Source: an uncultured Candidatus Rokubacteria bacterium (lineage in GTDB: Bacteria > Methylomirabilota > Methylomirabilia > Rokubacteriales > CSP1-6). Taken from it: a stretch of 64,000 nucleotides of DNA. The stretch spans positions 768,001 through 832,000 of the forward strand of contig CAVYTA010000005.1 of the NCBI GenBank assembly GCA_963771355.1. Direction: 5' to 3'. The notes beneath the pieces were generated by a model. The model did no database searches and had not been told where the DNA came from. It saw nothing but the letters and a program-made list of their open reading frames with translations. Numbering within the stretch: position 1 is the stretch's first letter; the number at the start of each line of letters is the position of its first letter. The position numbers and the translations under genes are program-made. Below, piece after piece: positions 43,453 to 53,354 of the stretch.

Positions 43453-45405
43453 ATGCCGAGCGCGGCGTCCGCGCCCCCTCCCCATGCCGTGGGGGAGGGC
43501 GCGGCCGCCTCTCTCGACCTCGACGCCGGCCTTCGCCTTCTCGGCTACGCGAGCTTCCGGCCGGGGCAGCGCGAGGCCATCGACACCCTGCTCGGCCGCG
43601 GTCGGCTGCTGCTGGTCGCGCCCACCGGCGGCGGCAAGAGCCTGATCTACCAGCTACCCGGCAGCCTGCTCTCCGGCACCAGCCTCGTCATCTCCCCCCT
43701 CGTGGCGCTCATGCACGACCAGGTCGCGGCGCTCACCGCCCGCGGCGTGGCCGCCACCTACCTGGCGGGGACGCTCACCCCGGAGGAGCTGCGCGGGCGG
43801 ATGGCGCGGCTGGGCGCGGGCGCATTCAAGCTCGCCTACGTGGCCCCGGAGCGTCTGGCCTTTCCGGGCTTCCGGGCCCTGGTGCGCGAGCTGGACTGCC
43901 CGCTGGTGGCGGTGGACGAGGCCCACTGCATCAGCGAGTGGGGCCACGACTTCCGCCCCGAGTACCTGGAGATCGGCGGGCTCCTCGCCGAGCTGCCGCG
44001 GGCCCGCGTGCTGGCCTGCACGGCCACCGCCACCCCGGTGGTGCGCGACGAGATCCTCGCCCGTCTCAATCTGCCCGCGGAGACGCCGCAGCTCGTCCGC
44101 GGATTCGCGCGGCCCAATCTGGGCCTGCGCGCGAGGGAGACGGATCACGCGCGCCAGCGCAGTCAGATGGTGGACGAAGCGCTCGCGGAGATGCTGGAGC
44201 GCCCGGGGGCGGGGCGGGGCACCGCCATCGTCTATGCCTCCACGCGCAAGTCGGCCGAGGAGGAAGGCGCGCGGCTCGCCGGCCTCGGCTGGCGCGTGGC
44301 CGTCTATCACGCGGGGCTGGCCCCCGCCGTGCGCGACCGGGCCCAGGGCCGCTTCGCCGCCGGGGAAGCGGAGATCGTCACCGCGACCAATGCCTTCGGC
44401 ATGGGCATCGACCGGCCCGACGTGCGCGCGGTGATCCACCTCGCGCCGCCGAGCTCGCTGGAGGCCTACTACCAGGAGGTGGGCCGCGCCGGGCGGGACG
44501 GTGCGCCCGCGGTGGGCCTGCTCTTCACCTCCTCGCGCGACCTCCCACTCCGTCGCGCCCTGCTCGAGCGGGGCAGCGAGGGCGCGCCGCCCCCGGCGCC
44601 CGAGGTGGTCGAGCACAAGTGGGGGCTGTTCCTCGAGCTGGTGCGGTGGGCGGAGGGCGGCTCCTGCCGTCACGACGCCATTCTCCGCTACTTCGGGGAC
44701 GAGGCGGAGACGCTGCATGGCTGCGGCCGCTGCGACGTCTGCCTCGCCCTCGCGGATCCCGCCGCCGCCGGCGCCGCGCTCGACGCGGAGGCGACCACGT
44801 TGGTGGTCCGCAAGGCGCTGTCCGGCGTGGCCCGCGTCCACGAGCGCTTCGGGCTCGGCACCGCGGTCAAGCTCGTCCACGGAGAGGCGGATCCCCGGCT
44901 GGAGCGGGCCGGGCTCACGCGCGTCCCCACCTTCGGCAATCTGCGCGAGCACGGGGAGGAGTGGATTCTCGGCGTGCTGCGCCGCTGCGTGGCCGCGGGC
45001 TGGGTGAGCTTCACCGGCGGGGACCGGCCGGTGGTGGTGCTCACCGACGCGGGCCGGGCGGTGATGAAGGGCGAGCGCCCGGCGCGCATCCTCCTGCCCC
45101 CGCTCGGCGGAGAACGCCGGCCGACGCGCGGCCGCCGTCCCGCGCGCGGCGCCGCCCCGGTGGCGGAGGACGCGGCGGGGCCGGCGACGGAGGCCTTGTT
45201 CGAGGCGCTGCGCCGGCATCGCCTGTCGCTGGCCCGCGCGGAGGGCGTGGCGCCCTTCATCATCGCCAGCGACCGGACGCTCCGGGACATCGCGGCCATC
45301 CGGCCGGCAACCCTGGACGACCTGCGGCGCGCCTACGGCATCGGCGAGCACAAGGTGGCCCGCTACGGGGCCGGCTTCCTCGAGGTGGTGGCCAGCCATG
45401 GCTAG
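43453..45405 (+). CDS. recQ: ATP-dependent DNA helicase RecQ family
   Basis: APTGGGKS, VDEAHCISEWGHDFRPEY, YYQEVGRAGRDG, CRH..CGRCDVC, RQC and HRDC domains. Confidence 0.93.
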   Translation: MPSAASAPPPHAVGEGAAASLDLDAGLRLLGYASFRPGQREAIDTLLGRGRLLLVAPTGGGKSLIYQLPGSLLSGTSLVISPLVALMHDQVAALTARGVAATYLAGTLTPEELRGRMARLGAGAFKLAYVAPERLAFPGFRALVRELDCPLVAVDEAHCISEWGHDFRPEYLEIGGLLAELPRARVLACTATATPVVRDEILARLNLPAETPQLVRGFARPNLGLRARETDHARQRSQMVDEALAEMLERPGAGRGTAIVYASTRKSAEEEGARLAGLGWRVAVYHAGLAPAVRDRAQGRFAAGEAEIVTATNAFGMGIDRPDVRAVIHLAPPSSLEAYYQEVGRAGRDGAPAVGLLFTSSRDLPLRRALLERGSEGAPPPAPEVVEHKWGLFLELVRWAEGGSCRHDAILRYFGDEAETLHGCGRCDVCLALADPAAAGAALDAEATTLVVRKALSGVARVHERFGLGTAVKLVHGEADPRLERAGLTRVPTFGNLREHGEEWILGVLRRCVAAGWVSFTGGDRPVVVLTDAGRAVMKGERPARILLPPLGGERRPTRGRRPARGAAPVAEDAAGPATEALFEALRRHRLSLARAEGVAPFIIASDRTLRDIAAIRPATLDDLRRAYGIGEHKVARYGAGFLEVVASHG

Positions 45406-46543
45406 CCCGGCGGCGGCGAGCCCCCCCGTGGCTCGCCCGAGCACTGCGCGGCCCGCCGCCGTCGCGCTGGAGGGCATCGCCAAGAAGTTCGGCGTCTTCA
45501 TCGCGCTGCGCGGCGTCTCGCTCTCGGTGGACCCGGGCGAGTTCGTCTGCTTCCTGGGCCCCTCCGGGTGCGGGAAGACCACGCTCCTCCGCATCATCGC
45601 CGGGCTGGAGCGGCAGAACGCCGGCGCGGTGCTGATGGCCGGACGCGACGTCTCCGCCTTGCCCGCCGCCCAGCGCAACTACGGGATCGTCTTTCAGTCC
45701 TACGCCCTCTTTCCCAATCTCACCGTGGCCCGGAACGTGGGCTACGGGCTCGAGACCCGCAAGGCCGGCAAGCGGGAGATCGCCCGGCGCGTGGACGAGC
45801 TGCTCGACCTCGTGGGGCTCCGGCACCACCGGGAGAAGTACCCGGCGCAGCTCTCCGGCGGCGAGCAGCAGCGTATCGCCCTGGCCCGGGCGCTGGCGCC
45901 GTCGCCGGCGCTGCTGCTCCTCGACGAGCCGCTCTCCGCGCTGGACGCGCGGGTGCGGCAATCGCTGCGCCACGAGATCCGCACGCTGCAGCGGCGGCTC
46001 GGCATCACCACCATCATGGTGACGCATGACCAGGAAGAAGCGCTGGCCATGGCGGACCGCATCGTGGTGATGAACCACGGCGTGGTCGAGCAGGTGGGCC
46101 CGCCGGTCGAGGTCTACATGCGCCCGCGCTCGCCCTTCGTGGCCCGCTTCGTGGGCCAGATGAACTTTCTCGACGCGGTCGCGGGCCCGCGTCCCCGCTC
46201 GGCCCACATGGGCGCGGTGGAGCTGACCCTCCCCGCCGGCGGCGACCCGGAGACGATCGCCGCCGGCCCCGGCACCCCGCTCATCCTGGCCATTCGCCCG
46301 GAGGAAATCGTGGTGGGGCCCGCCGCGCAGGGGGCGCCCAACCGCCTCATCACCCGCATCCGGAGCATTCAATTCCTCGGCTCCTTCACGCGGCTGGTGC
46401 TGATGCTGCCCGGCGACGGTGAGCGCGTGCTCGAGTGCGACGTGGCGGCCACCGCCTTCGCCGAGCTGGGCGTGGCGGAGGGTGGCGCGCTACCCCTGGC
46501 GCTCCCTCCCGAATCACTGCGCGTGTTTCGCAAGGAAAGCTAG
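45398..46543 (+). CDS. Putative 2-aminoethylphosphonate ABC ATPase (PhnT2-like)
   Basis: GPSGCGKTT, FQSYALFPNL, LSGGEQQR, VTHDQEEA, TOBE domain. Confidence 0.9.
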   Translation: MASPAAASPPVARPSTARPAAVALEGIAKKFGVFIALRGVSLSVDPGEFVCFLGPSGCGKTTLLRIIAGLERQNAGAVLMAGRDVSALPAAQRNYGIVFQSYALFPNLTVARNVGYGLETRKAGKREIARRVDELLDLVGLRHHREKYPAQLSGGEQQRIALARALAPSPALLLLDEPLSALDARVRQSLRHEIRTLQRRLGITTIMVTHDQEEALAMADRIVVMNHGVVEQVGPPVEVYMRPRSPFVARFVGQMNFLDAVAGPRPRSAHMGAVELTLPAGGDPETIAAGPGTPLILAIRPEEIVVGPAAQGAPNRLITRIRSIQFLGSFTRLVLMLPGDGERVLECDVAATAFAELGVAEGGALPLALPPESLRVFRKES

Positions 46544-46546
46544 GGC

Positions 46547-48283
46547 GTGGACGTCGTGACCCGCGAGACCGGCGCCACCATCCCGGACCGGGTGGTACGG
46601 CATCGCCTCGGGCGTGAGGACGTGATCCGTGTCGGGCTCGCGGTCGCGCTCGGCCTCGTGCTGTACCTCTTCATCCTGCTCCCCATGGTCAAGATGATCT
46701 GGCGGAGCCTGCTCGACGGCAACGGCCAATGGGTGGGTCTCGCCAACTACGCCCGCTACTTCGGCACGCCCGCCATCGCGGCGTCCATCACCAACAGTCT
46801 CTACGTGGCGGTGGTGTCCATGGTGCTCACGGTGGGGCTGGCCTTCGGCTACGCCTACGCGCTCACCCGGACGCGCATGCCGGTCCAGGGCTTCTTTCGC
46901 GTGGTGGCCATGCTGCCCATCTTCGCGCCGTCCCTGGTGCAGGCCTTCGCCTTCGTCTACGTGTTCGGCAACAACGGCATCTTCACGCGCGCCACCGGCG
47001 TGAACGTGGGGATCTACGGCGCCAAGGGCATCGTCCTCGCGGAGGTGTTCTACTGCTTTCCCCACGCGCTCCTCATTCTCATCGCCGCGCTCGCCGCCAC
47101 CGACGCCCGCCTCTACGACGCCGCCCGCACGCTGGGCGCCTCGTCGCCCAAGACCTTCCTCACCGTGACCCTCCCCGGCGCGAAGTTCGGCCTGGTGAGC
47201 GCCTGCTTCGTGGTCTTCACCACCGTCATCACCGACTTCGGCGCTCCCAAGGTGATCGGCGGGAAGTTCTCGGTGATGGCCACCGAGATCTACAATCAGG
47301 TCTCGGGCCAGCAGAACTTCACCATGGGGGCGACGGTGTCGGTGGTGCTCCTGATCCCGGCCATCCTCGCCTTCGTGGTGGACCGGATCGTGCAGCGCCG
47401 CCAGTACGCGCTGGTCACCGCCTCCGCGCGGCCGCTGGTGCCGGCGCCGCGGCCCAGCCGGGACTGGGCCGCCACCGTCTACTGCCTCCTCGTCGCCCTG
47501 GTGATCGCGGGCATCTATGCCGTCATCCTGGCGGCGTCGCTGGTGCACCGCTGGCCGTACAACCTCGGGCTCACGCTGAAGCACTATGCGTTCGACACCG
47601 TGGGCGGCTACACGCCGCTCTGGAACAGCGTGCAGGTGGCGCTGTGGACGGCGGGGCTGGGGACGGTATTGACCTTCGGCGGCGCGTACGTGGTGGAGAA
47701 GTGCCGCCCGCCCGCGCGCGGAGTGCTCTACCTCCTGTCCATCCTGCCGGTGTCCATCCCCGGCATGGTGCTGGGTCTCGCCTACATCTTCACCTTCAAC
47801 GCGCCCGGCAGCCCGCTCAACCTGCTGTACGGGACGCTCGCCATCCTCGTGGTCTCCAATGTCATCCACTACTTCACGGTGGGCTTCCTCACCGCCACCA
47901 CCGCGCTGAAGCAGATGGACGCGGAGTTCGAGAACGTGTCCGCGTCGCTGGGGGTGCCCTTCTACCGGACCTTCTGGCGGGTGACGGTGCCGATGGCGCT
48001 GCCCTCCATCGTGGCCATCAGCATGTACTTCTTTCTCAACGCCATGGTGACCCTGTCGGCGGTGGTGTTCCTGGTGGCGCCGGGGACCGAGCTGGCCGCG
48101 GTCGCAGTGCTCCTGATGGACGATGCGGGCGACACCGCGCAGGCGGCCGCCATGTCGGTGCTCATCATCGGGACCGGCCTCGGCGTGCGGCTCCTGTACT
48201 GGCTGGCCATGAAGCGCGTGACGCGGCGAACCCAGGCGTGGACGCAGCCCGGCGAGCGGCCGGCTGCCGGAGGACCGACATGA
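46547..48283 (+). CDS. Putative 2-aminoethylphosphonate ABC permease (fused, PhnU2-like)
   Basis: Two TM repeats; TDFGAPKVIGG, MATEIY. Confidence 0.88.
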   Translation: MDVVTRETGATIPDRVVRHRLGREDVIRVGLAVALGLVLYLFILLPMVKMIWRSLLDGNGQWVGLANYARYFGTPAIAASITNSLYVAVVSMVLTVGLAFGYAYALTRTRMPVQGFFRVVAMLPIFAPSLVQAFAFVYVFGNNGIFTRATGVNVGIYGAKGIVLAEVFYCFPHALLILIAALAATDARLYDAARTLGASSPKTFLTVTLPGAKFGLVSACFVVFTTVITDFGAPKVIGGKFSVMATEIYNQVSGQQNFTMGATVSVVLLIPAILAFVVDRIVQRRQYALVTASARPLVPAPRPSRDWAATVYCLLVALVIAGIYAVILAASLVHRWPYNLGLTLKHYAFDTVGGYTPLWNSVQVALWTAGLGTVLTFGGAYVVEKCRPPARGVLYLLSILPVSIPGMVLGLAYIFTFNAPGSPLNLLYGTLAILVVSNVIHYFTVGFLTATTALKQMDAEFENVSASLGVPFYRTFWRVTVPMALPSIVAISMYFFLNAMVTLSAVVFLVAPGTELAAVAVLLMDDAGDTAQAAAMSVLIIGTGLGVRLLYWLAMKRVTRRTQAWTQPGERPAAGGPT

Positions 48284-48585
48284 GCGTGATGAATGTCGAC
48301 GGGTATCGCGGGCGCTTCTTCGAGGTGCTCCAGGAGACGGAGCGGAGCCAGACCGCGGTGATGACCATCGGCCCCGGGGAGGACGCGGGCCCCGAGGAGG
48401 TGCACGCCGGGGACCAGGTCATCTACGTCATCGAAGGCCAGGCCCGCGTGCGGCTGGGCGAGGCCACGCAGGCGGCGGGGCCCGGCGCCTGCGTGATGAT
48501 TCCGGCGGGGACCCGGCACCACGTGGAAAACACCGGGCAGACCCCGCTGTTCTGCCTTACCGTGTACGCGCCCCCGGCCTACTGA
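48280..48585 (+). CDS. Cupin domain protein
   Basis: EVHAGDQVIYVIEG, IPAGTRHHVEN, VYAPPAY. Confidence 0.85.
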   Translation: MSVMNVDGYRGRFFEVLQETERSQTAVMTIGPGEDAGPEEVHAGDQVIYVIEGQARVRLGEATQAAGPGACVMIPAGTRHHVENTGQTPLFCLTVYAPPAY

Positions 48586-48603
48586 GCCCAAGGAGAGCTG
48601 CCC

Positions 48604-49341
48604 GTGTCACTCGAAGGAAGGACCGCGCTCGTCACCGGCGCCGCCCGCGGCATCGGGCTCGCCATCGCGCAACGCCTCGCCGCGGACGGAGCCCGCGTGG
48701 CGATGCTCGACCTCGACCGTCCCGGAGTGGAGGCCGCCGCCAAGATGCTGGGGCCGGAGGCCTTGCCCCTGGTGGCCGACGTGACGCGGTCGGCGGAGGT
48801 GGAGCGCGCGGTGGGGGCGGTGGTGGCGCGCTGGCAGCGGCTGGACGTGCTGGTGAACAATGCCGGCATCACCGGCCGCTCCTTTCCCCTGTGGGAGCTC
48901 ACCGACGAGGACTGGCAGCGGGTCATCGACGTGGACCTCTCGAGTGTCTTCTATTGCTGCCGGGCGGCGGTCCGGGTCATGCTGAGTCAGGGCAGCGGCC
49001 GCATCGTGAACATCGCCTCCATCGCGGGCAAGGAGGGGAACCCGACGCTCGTGCCCTACTCCTCCGCGAAGGCGGGCGTGATCGGCCTCACCAAGGCCCT
49101 GGCCAAGGAAGTGGCTACCCGCGGAATCTTCGTCAACGCGGTCGCGCCCGCGGTGATCGGCACCGAGCTGCTCCAGCAGATGGAGCGGAGCACGGTGGAT
49201 CTCCTCGTCTCCAAGATCCCCATGGGGCGGGTGGGGCGTCCGGAGGAGGTGGCCGCGCTGGTGGCCTGGCTCGCCTCCGACGAGTGCTCGTTCAGCACCG
49301 GCGCCGTCTACGATCTCTCCGGCGGCCGTGCCACCTACTAG
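48604..49341 (+). CDS. SDR oxidoreductase
   Basis: TGAARGIG, NNAGITG, ASIAGKEGNP, YSSAKAG. Confidence 0.92.
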   Translation: MSLEGRTALVTGAARGIGLAIAQRLAADGARVAMLDLDRPGVEAAAKMLGPEALPLVADVTRSAEVERAVGAVVARWQRLDVLVNNAGITGRSFPLWELTDEDWQRVIDVDLSSVFYCCRAAVRVMLSQGSGRIVNIASIAGKEGNPTLVPYSSAKAGVIGLTKALAKEVATRGIFVNAVAPAVIGTELLQQMERSTVDLLVSKIPMGRVGRPEEVAALVAWLASDECSFSTGAVYDLSGGRATY

Positions 49342-49789
49342 CGCCGCGCTCACGACGGATCGTGCCGGCGGTGGTGGCCTCGCGCTGCTCGCGCTGGGCG
49401 TGCTCTGGGAGAGCCGCGTGCTTCCCGTCGGTACGTGGCGCGAGCCCGGCCCCGGCGCGATGCCGGTGGGGGTGGCGCTGGTGGCGCTCGCCCTCGGCGT
49501 GGCGCTCGTCGCGCGCGGTGGGAGCGCGCCGCCGCTCGGCGGCGTGGGCTGGAGCGAAGCGCCGCGCGCCCTGGTGGTGGTGGCCGCGCTCGCCTTCCTC
49601 GCGCTGGCCTTCGAGCGCCTGGGCTATCGCTTCAGCGTCTTCGCCACCGTGCTGTTCCTGGTCGGGGCGGTGGAGCGGCGCTCACCGCTGGCCGCGGTGG
49701 TCTATGCGGCCGGCCTCGCCTGGGGGAGCTTCTTTCTCTTCAACGGCCTCCTGAAGGTCCCGCTGCCGCGGGGCCCGTTCGGGTTCTGA
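49328..49789 (+). CDS. tctB: Tripartite tricarboxylate transporter TctB
   Basis: PGPGAMP, 4 TM segments, LKVPLPRGPFG. Confidence 0.85.
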   Translation: MPPTSAALTTDRAGGGGLALLALGVLWESRVLPVGTWREPGPGAMPVGVALVALALGVALVARGGSAPPLGGVGWSEAPRALVVVAALAFLALAFERLGYRFSVFATVLFLVGAVERRSPLAAVVYAAGLAWGSFFLFNGLLKVPLPRGPFGF

Positions 49790-49797
49790 GCGCGGCG

Positions 49798-51297
49798 GTG
49801 CCGGAAACCCTCCAGAACCTGGCGCTGGGGTTCAGCGTCGCGCTGCAGCCGACCATGCTCTTCTACGCCTTCGCCGGCTGCGTGATCGGGACTCTCGTGG
49901 GCGTGCTGCCGGGGGTGGGACCGCTGGCCGGCATCAGCCTGCTCCTCCCCGCCACCTTCGGGCTGGACGCCACGCGCGCCATCGTGCTGCTGGCCGGCAT
50001 CTACTATGGCGCGATGTACGGGGGCTCCACCACCTCCATCCTCATGCGTATCCCCGGCGAGGCCGCCTCGGTGATGACGTGCATCGACGGCTACGCCATG
50101 GCCCGCAAGGGGCGCGCGGGCGCCGCGCTGGCCATCGCCGCGGTGGGCTCGTTCGTGGCGGGGACGCTCTCGGTGGTGGCGCTGATGCTCCTCGCGCCGC
50201 CGCTCGCCAATCTTGCGCTACGCTTCGGGCCCCCCGAGTACGCGGCGCTGCTCGTCCTGGGACTCCTCGTCCTCGCGTACATGAGCGGCGGCTCGATGCT
50301 GAAGTCGCTCGCCATGGCGGCGCTGGGGCTGCTCCTGGGGATGGTGGGCATCGATCAGATGTCCGGCTACTTCCGCTTCGCCTACGGCGTGGTGGAGCTG
50401 GGCGACGGCCTCGGCGTGGTGCCGCTGGCCGTCGGCCTCTTCGGCATCGCCGAGGTGCTGCTCACCGCGGGCCAGCCCACGCCGCCCGACGTCCAGAAGC
50501 CCCGGCTCCGCGAGCTCCTCCCCTCGCGTCGGGAATGGCGCGAGTCCGCCGCCCCCGTCCTGAGGGGCACCGGGCTGGGCTTTCTCATCGGCATCGTCCC
50601 CGGCTCGGCCCACATCATCTCGAGCTTCGTCTCCTATGCGGTGGAGCGGCGGCTGTCCCGGCGGCCGGAGGAGTTCGGTCACGGGGCGGTGGCGGGGGTG
50701 GCGGGGCCGGAGTCCGCCAACAACGCGGCGACCTCCGGCGCCTTCGTCCCCATGCTCGCGCTCGGTGTGCCCTCGGGTCCCATCCCCGCGGTGATGCTGG
50801 CGGCCATGATGGTCCACGGCGTGTCGCCCGGCCCTCTCCTCATCCAGCAGTCGCCCGCGCTGTTCTGGGGCTTCATCGCCTCCATGTACGTGGGCAACGT
50901 GATGCTGCTCGTGCTCAACCTGCCCATGGTCGGGCTCTTCGTGAACGTGCTCCGGGTGCCCTACGCGTACCTCTACCCGGGCATCATCGTGTTCTGCGTG
51001 CTGGGAGTCTACGCGGTGAACGGCAGCGTGCTGGACGTGTGGATCGCCGCCTCCATGGGCGTGCTCGGCTGGATCCTCCGCAAGCTCGACTTCGAGACGG
51101 CGCCCATCGTGCTGGGCGCCATCCTCGCCCCCATGGTGGAGATGAGCGTGCGTCAGTCGCTCGCCATGTCCGACGGGCACTACGCGATCTTCCTGACGCG
51201 GCCCATCGCCGCCGGCCTGCTCGCGGCCGGTGTCCTGCTGCTCCTGCTGGGCCTCCGGTCCTGGATTCCCTTCGCCGACAAAGGAGCCAACGCATGA
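49798..51297 (+). CDS. tctA: Tripartite tricarboxylate transporter TctA
   Basis: GVLPGVG, YYGAMYGGS, PESANNA, LALGVP. Confidence 0.93.
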   Translation: MPETLQNLALGFSVALQPTMLFYAFAGCVIGTLVGVLPGVGPLAGISLLLPATFGLDATRAIVLLAGIYYGAMYGGSTTSILMRIPGEAASVMTCIDGYAMARKGRAGAALAIAAVGSFVAGTLSVVALMLLAPPLANLALRFGPPEYAALLVLGLLVLAYMSGGSMLKSLAMAALGLLLGMVGIDQMSGYFRFAYGVVELGDGLGVVPLAVGLFGIAEVLLTAGQPTPPDVQKPRLRELLPSRREWRESAAPVLRGTGLGFLIGIVPGSAHIISSFVSYAVERRLSRRPEEFGHGAVAGVAGPESANNAATSGAFVPMLALGVPSGPIPAVMLAAMMVHGVSPGPLLIQQSPALFWGFIASMYVGNVMLLVLNLPMVGLFVNVLRVPYAYLYPGIIVFCVLGVYAVNGSVLDVWIAASMGVLGWILRKLDFETAPIVLGAILAPMVEMSVRQSLAMSDGHYAIFLTRPIAAGLLAAGVLLLLLGLRSWIPFADKGANA

Positions 51298-52295
51298 AAG
51301 GTCTCACGGTCATCGCCGTTCTCTTCACCGCCTCCGTCGCGGTCCTCGCCGCGGTCGTCACCGGCGCCTCCGCCCAGGAGCCGTTTCCCTCGCGTCCCAT
51401 CACGCTGGTGGCGCCGTTTCCCCCCGGCGGCGTCGCCGATCTCACCGCACGCCCGGTAGCGGCCGCGCTCGAGCGCAATCTCAAGAACCCGGTGGGCGTG
51501 GTCAACAAGACCGGCGCCGCCGGCGCGGTGGGCATGCAGTTCGTGGCCGCCAGCAAGCCCGACGGCTACACGCTCCTGCTCGCGCTGTCGAGCATCTCCA
51601 TCATCCCCGAGGCGGACAAGCTCTTCGGCCGTCCGCCCGCGTTCACGGTGGATCAGTTCGCGCCCATCGCGCTCATCTCCGCGGATCCCACCGTCCTGGT
51701 GGTGCGGGCGGAGAGCCCGTGGAAGACGGCCAAGGACTTCCTCGAGGACGCCCGCAACCGGTCCGGCCAGATCTCCTACTCGTCGTCTGGAATCTACGGG
51801 ACGCTGCACATGGCCATGGAGCTGCTCTCGCACGCGGCCCAGATCAAGCTGCGCCACGTGCCCTATGCGGGCGCGGGGCCCGCGCTCACCGCGCTGCTGG
51901 GCGGTCACGTGGACGCGCTCGCCTCCGGGCCCGCGGTGGTGCTGCCCCAGATCAAGGCGGGCAAGCTCCGCGTGCTCGCGGGCTGGGGCGAATCGCGCGT
52001 GGCGGCGCTGCCGGAGGTCCCGACCTTCAAGGAGCTGGGCTATCCGGACGCCGAGTTCTATATCTGGGCCGGCGTGTTCGCGCCGAAGGGCACCCCCGAG
52101 CCCGTGCTCGCCCGCCTGCGCGACGGGCTGCGCGCCGCCACCGGCGACCCCGAGTTCAAGGCGGCCATGGACAAGCTGGAGACCCCCATCGTGTTCAGGC
52201 AGGGGGACGAGTTCGCCCGCTTCTTCGCCGCCGACGCCAAGCGCCTGGCCGAGGGCGTGCGAAAAGTCGGAAAGATCGAGGAGAAGAAGCCCTGA
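51294..52295 (+). CDS. tctC: Tripartite tricarboxylate transporter substrate-binding protein TctC/Bug
   Basis: Signal peptide, PFPPGGVAD, KPDGYTLL, HVPYAG. Confidence 0.93.
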   Translation: MKGLTVIAVLFTASVAVLAAVVTGASAQEPFPSRPITLVAPFPPGGVADLTARPVAAALERNLKNPVGVVNKTGAAGAVGMQFVAASKPDGYTLLLALSSISIIPEADKLFGRPPAFTVDQFAPIALISADPTVLVVRAESPWKTAKDFLEDARNRSGQISYSSSGIYGTLHMAMELLSHAAQIKLRHVPYAGAGPALTALLGGHVDALASGPAVVLPQIKAGKLRVLAGWGESRVAALPEVPTFKELGYPDAEFYIWAGVFAPKGTPEPVLARLRDGLRAATGDPEFKAAMDKLETPIVFRQGDEFARFFAADAKRLAEGVRKVGKIEEKKP

Positions 52296-52312
52296 CGGAC
52301 GCGAGGGGCGGG

Positions 52313-52343
52313 CCACGGGCGCCGGAGTCGCCGGCGCCCGTGG
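52313..52343. terminator. 13-bp GC hairpin downstream of tctC
   Basis: CCACGGGCGCCGG-agtcg-CCGGCGCCCGTGG. Confidence 0.55.
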
Positions 52344-52414
52344 GGAGGGTGGGTCAGGCCGCGGACGTGACCGGCCCTGCCTCGATCGCCCACTTGGTAC
52401 ATCCCCATAGGTAC

Positions 52415-52429
52415 GCAAGAGGCGTGCCG
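52415..52429 (-). promoter_or_regulatory. sigma54-like promoter with no clear downstream gene
   Basis: Minus strand CGGCAC-GCCTC-TTGC. Confidence 0.5.
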
Positions 52430-52524
52430 CGTGGGGACGCGCGTGCCGGCGCTTACTTAGCCGCAGCGCCTGGAGCCGGAAGCAAAAATCGTAAACCTGC
52501 TCGACAGCCGGGCCGGGCGCGGCC

Positions 52525-53067
52525 CTAGATCTGGATGCCGAGCCGGAGGGCGGCGGCGAGCAGGGCGACCTTGGATACGGACTCCGTGATGCGGTCGTCC
52601 AGCGCCATCTCCACTGCCTCGCGCAGCGGCATGACGCGCCGCTCGAAGAACTCGTCGTCGTCGCCGGGCAGGGGATCGGCGATGAGGTCCTCCCCGATGA
52701 AGCAGTGCGCCTCCTCGTCCAGATAGGCGCTGGAGGGGAGGAAGCGCGTGAGGAAGGTGAGCCGGGCCGCGCGATAACCGCCCTCCTCGCGCAGCTCGCG
52801 CTGCGCGGCCGCCTCCGGGCTCTCGCCCGGCCCGCCGCCGCCGCCCGGCAGCTCCCAGGAGTCGGCGCGCGCGAGATGACGGAACTGGCGGATCAGCAGC
52901 ACGTGCTCGCGATCCACCAGCGGCACCACGCCCACGGTGAGCCCCACGTGCAGCACGGGATAGGCGCGCTCCCCGCCGGTGGGCAGCCGCCACACGTCCT
53001 CGCGCAGCGTGAGCCGGCCCATCGAGCGAAGGGTGGTGGTGCGCAGGAACTGCCAGTCAAGGGGCAT
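52525..53067 (-). CDS. NUDIX hydrolase (ADP-ribose pyrophosphatase-like)
   Basis: WELPGG..GESPEAAAQRELREEGG Nudix box; GAGGAG SD. Confidence 0.9.
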   Translation of the reverse strand: MPLDWQFLRTTTLRSMGRLTLREDVWRLPTGGERAYPVLHVGLTVGVVPLVDREHVLLIRQFRHLARADSWELPGGGGGPGESPEAAAQRELREEGGYRAARLTFLTRFLPSSAYLDEEAHCFIGEDLIADPLPGDDDEFFERRVMPLREAVEMALDDRITESVSKVALLAAALRLGIQI

Positions 53068-53113
53068 GGGCGCGCCCTCCTCGCCCGCAATCTTACGTGA
53101 TAGAGTTGAGGCC

Positions 53114-53350
53114 ATGTCGCCCGAGCCCCACGACGCGCTGATGGCCAAGCTGCTCCAGGCCATCGAGGTGTCCCTGCGGGCCACCGAGGCCTCGCGCGAG
53201 GCGGTGCAGGAGATTCTCCGGCGCGGGGCGGAGACCGGCATCTTCTTCGCGGGCGCGCGGAAGCCGGACAGCGGCGACGCCTTCGATCTCACCGAGCAGG
53301 ACCGGGACTTCCTCCGCTCGCTCTCGATCCGCCCCGAACCGCGCGGCTGA
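53114..53350 (+). CDS. Hypothetical small protein
   Basis: Coding-like composition, -10-like TAGAGT 7 nt upstream, starts a gene run; ends LTEQDRDFLRSLSI. Confidence 0.65.
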   Translation: MSPEPHDALMAKLLQAIEVSLRATEASREAVQEILRRGAETGIFFAGARKPDSGDAFDLTEQDRDFLRSLSIRPEPRG

Positions 53351-53354
53351 GCTG

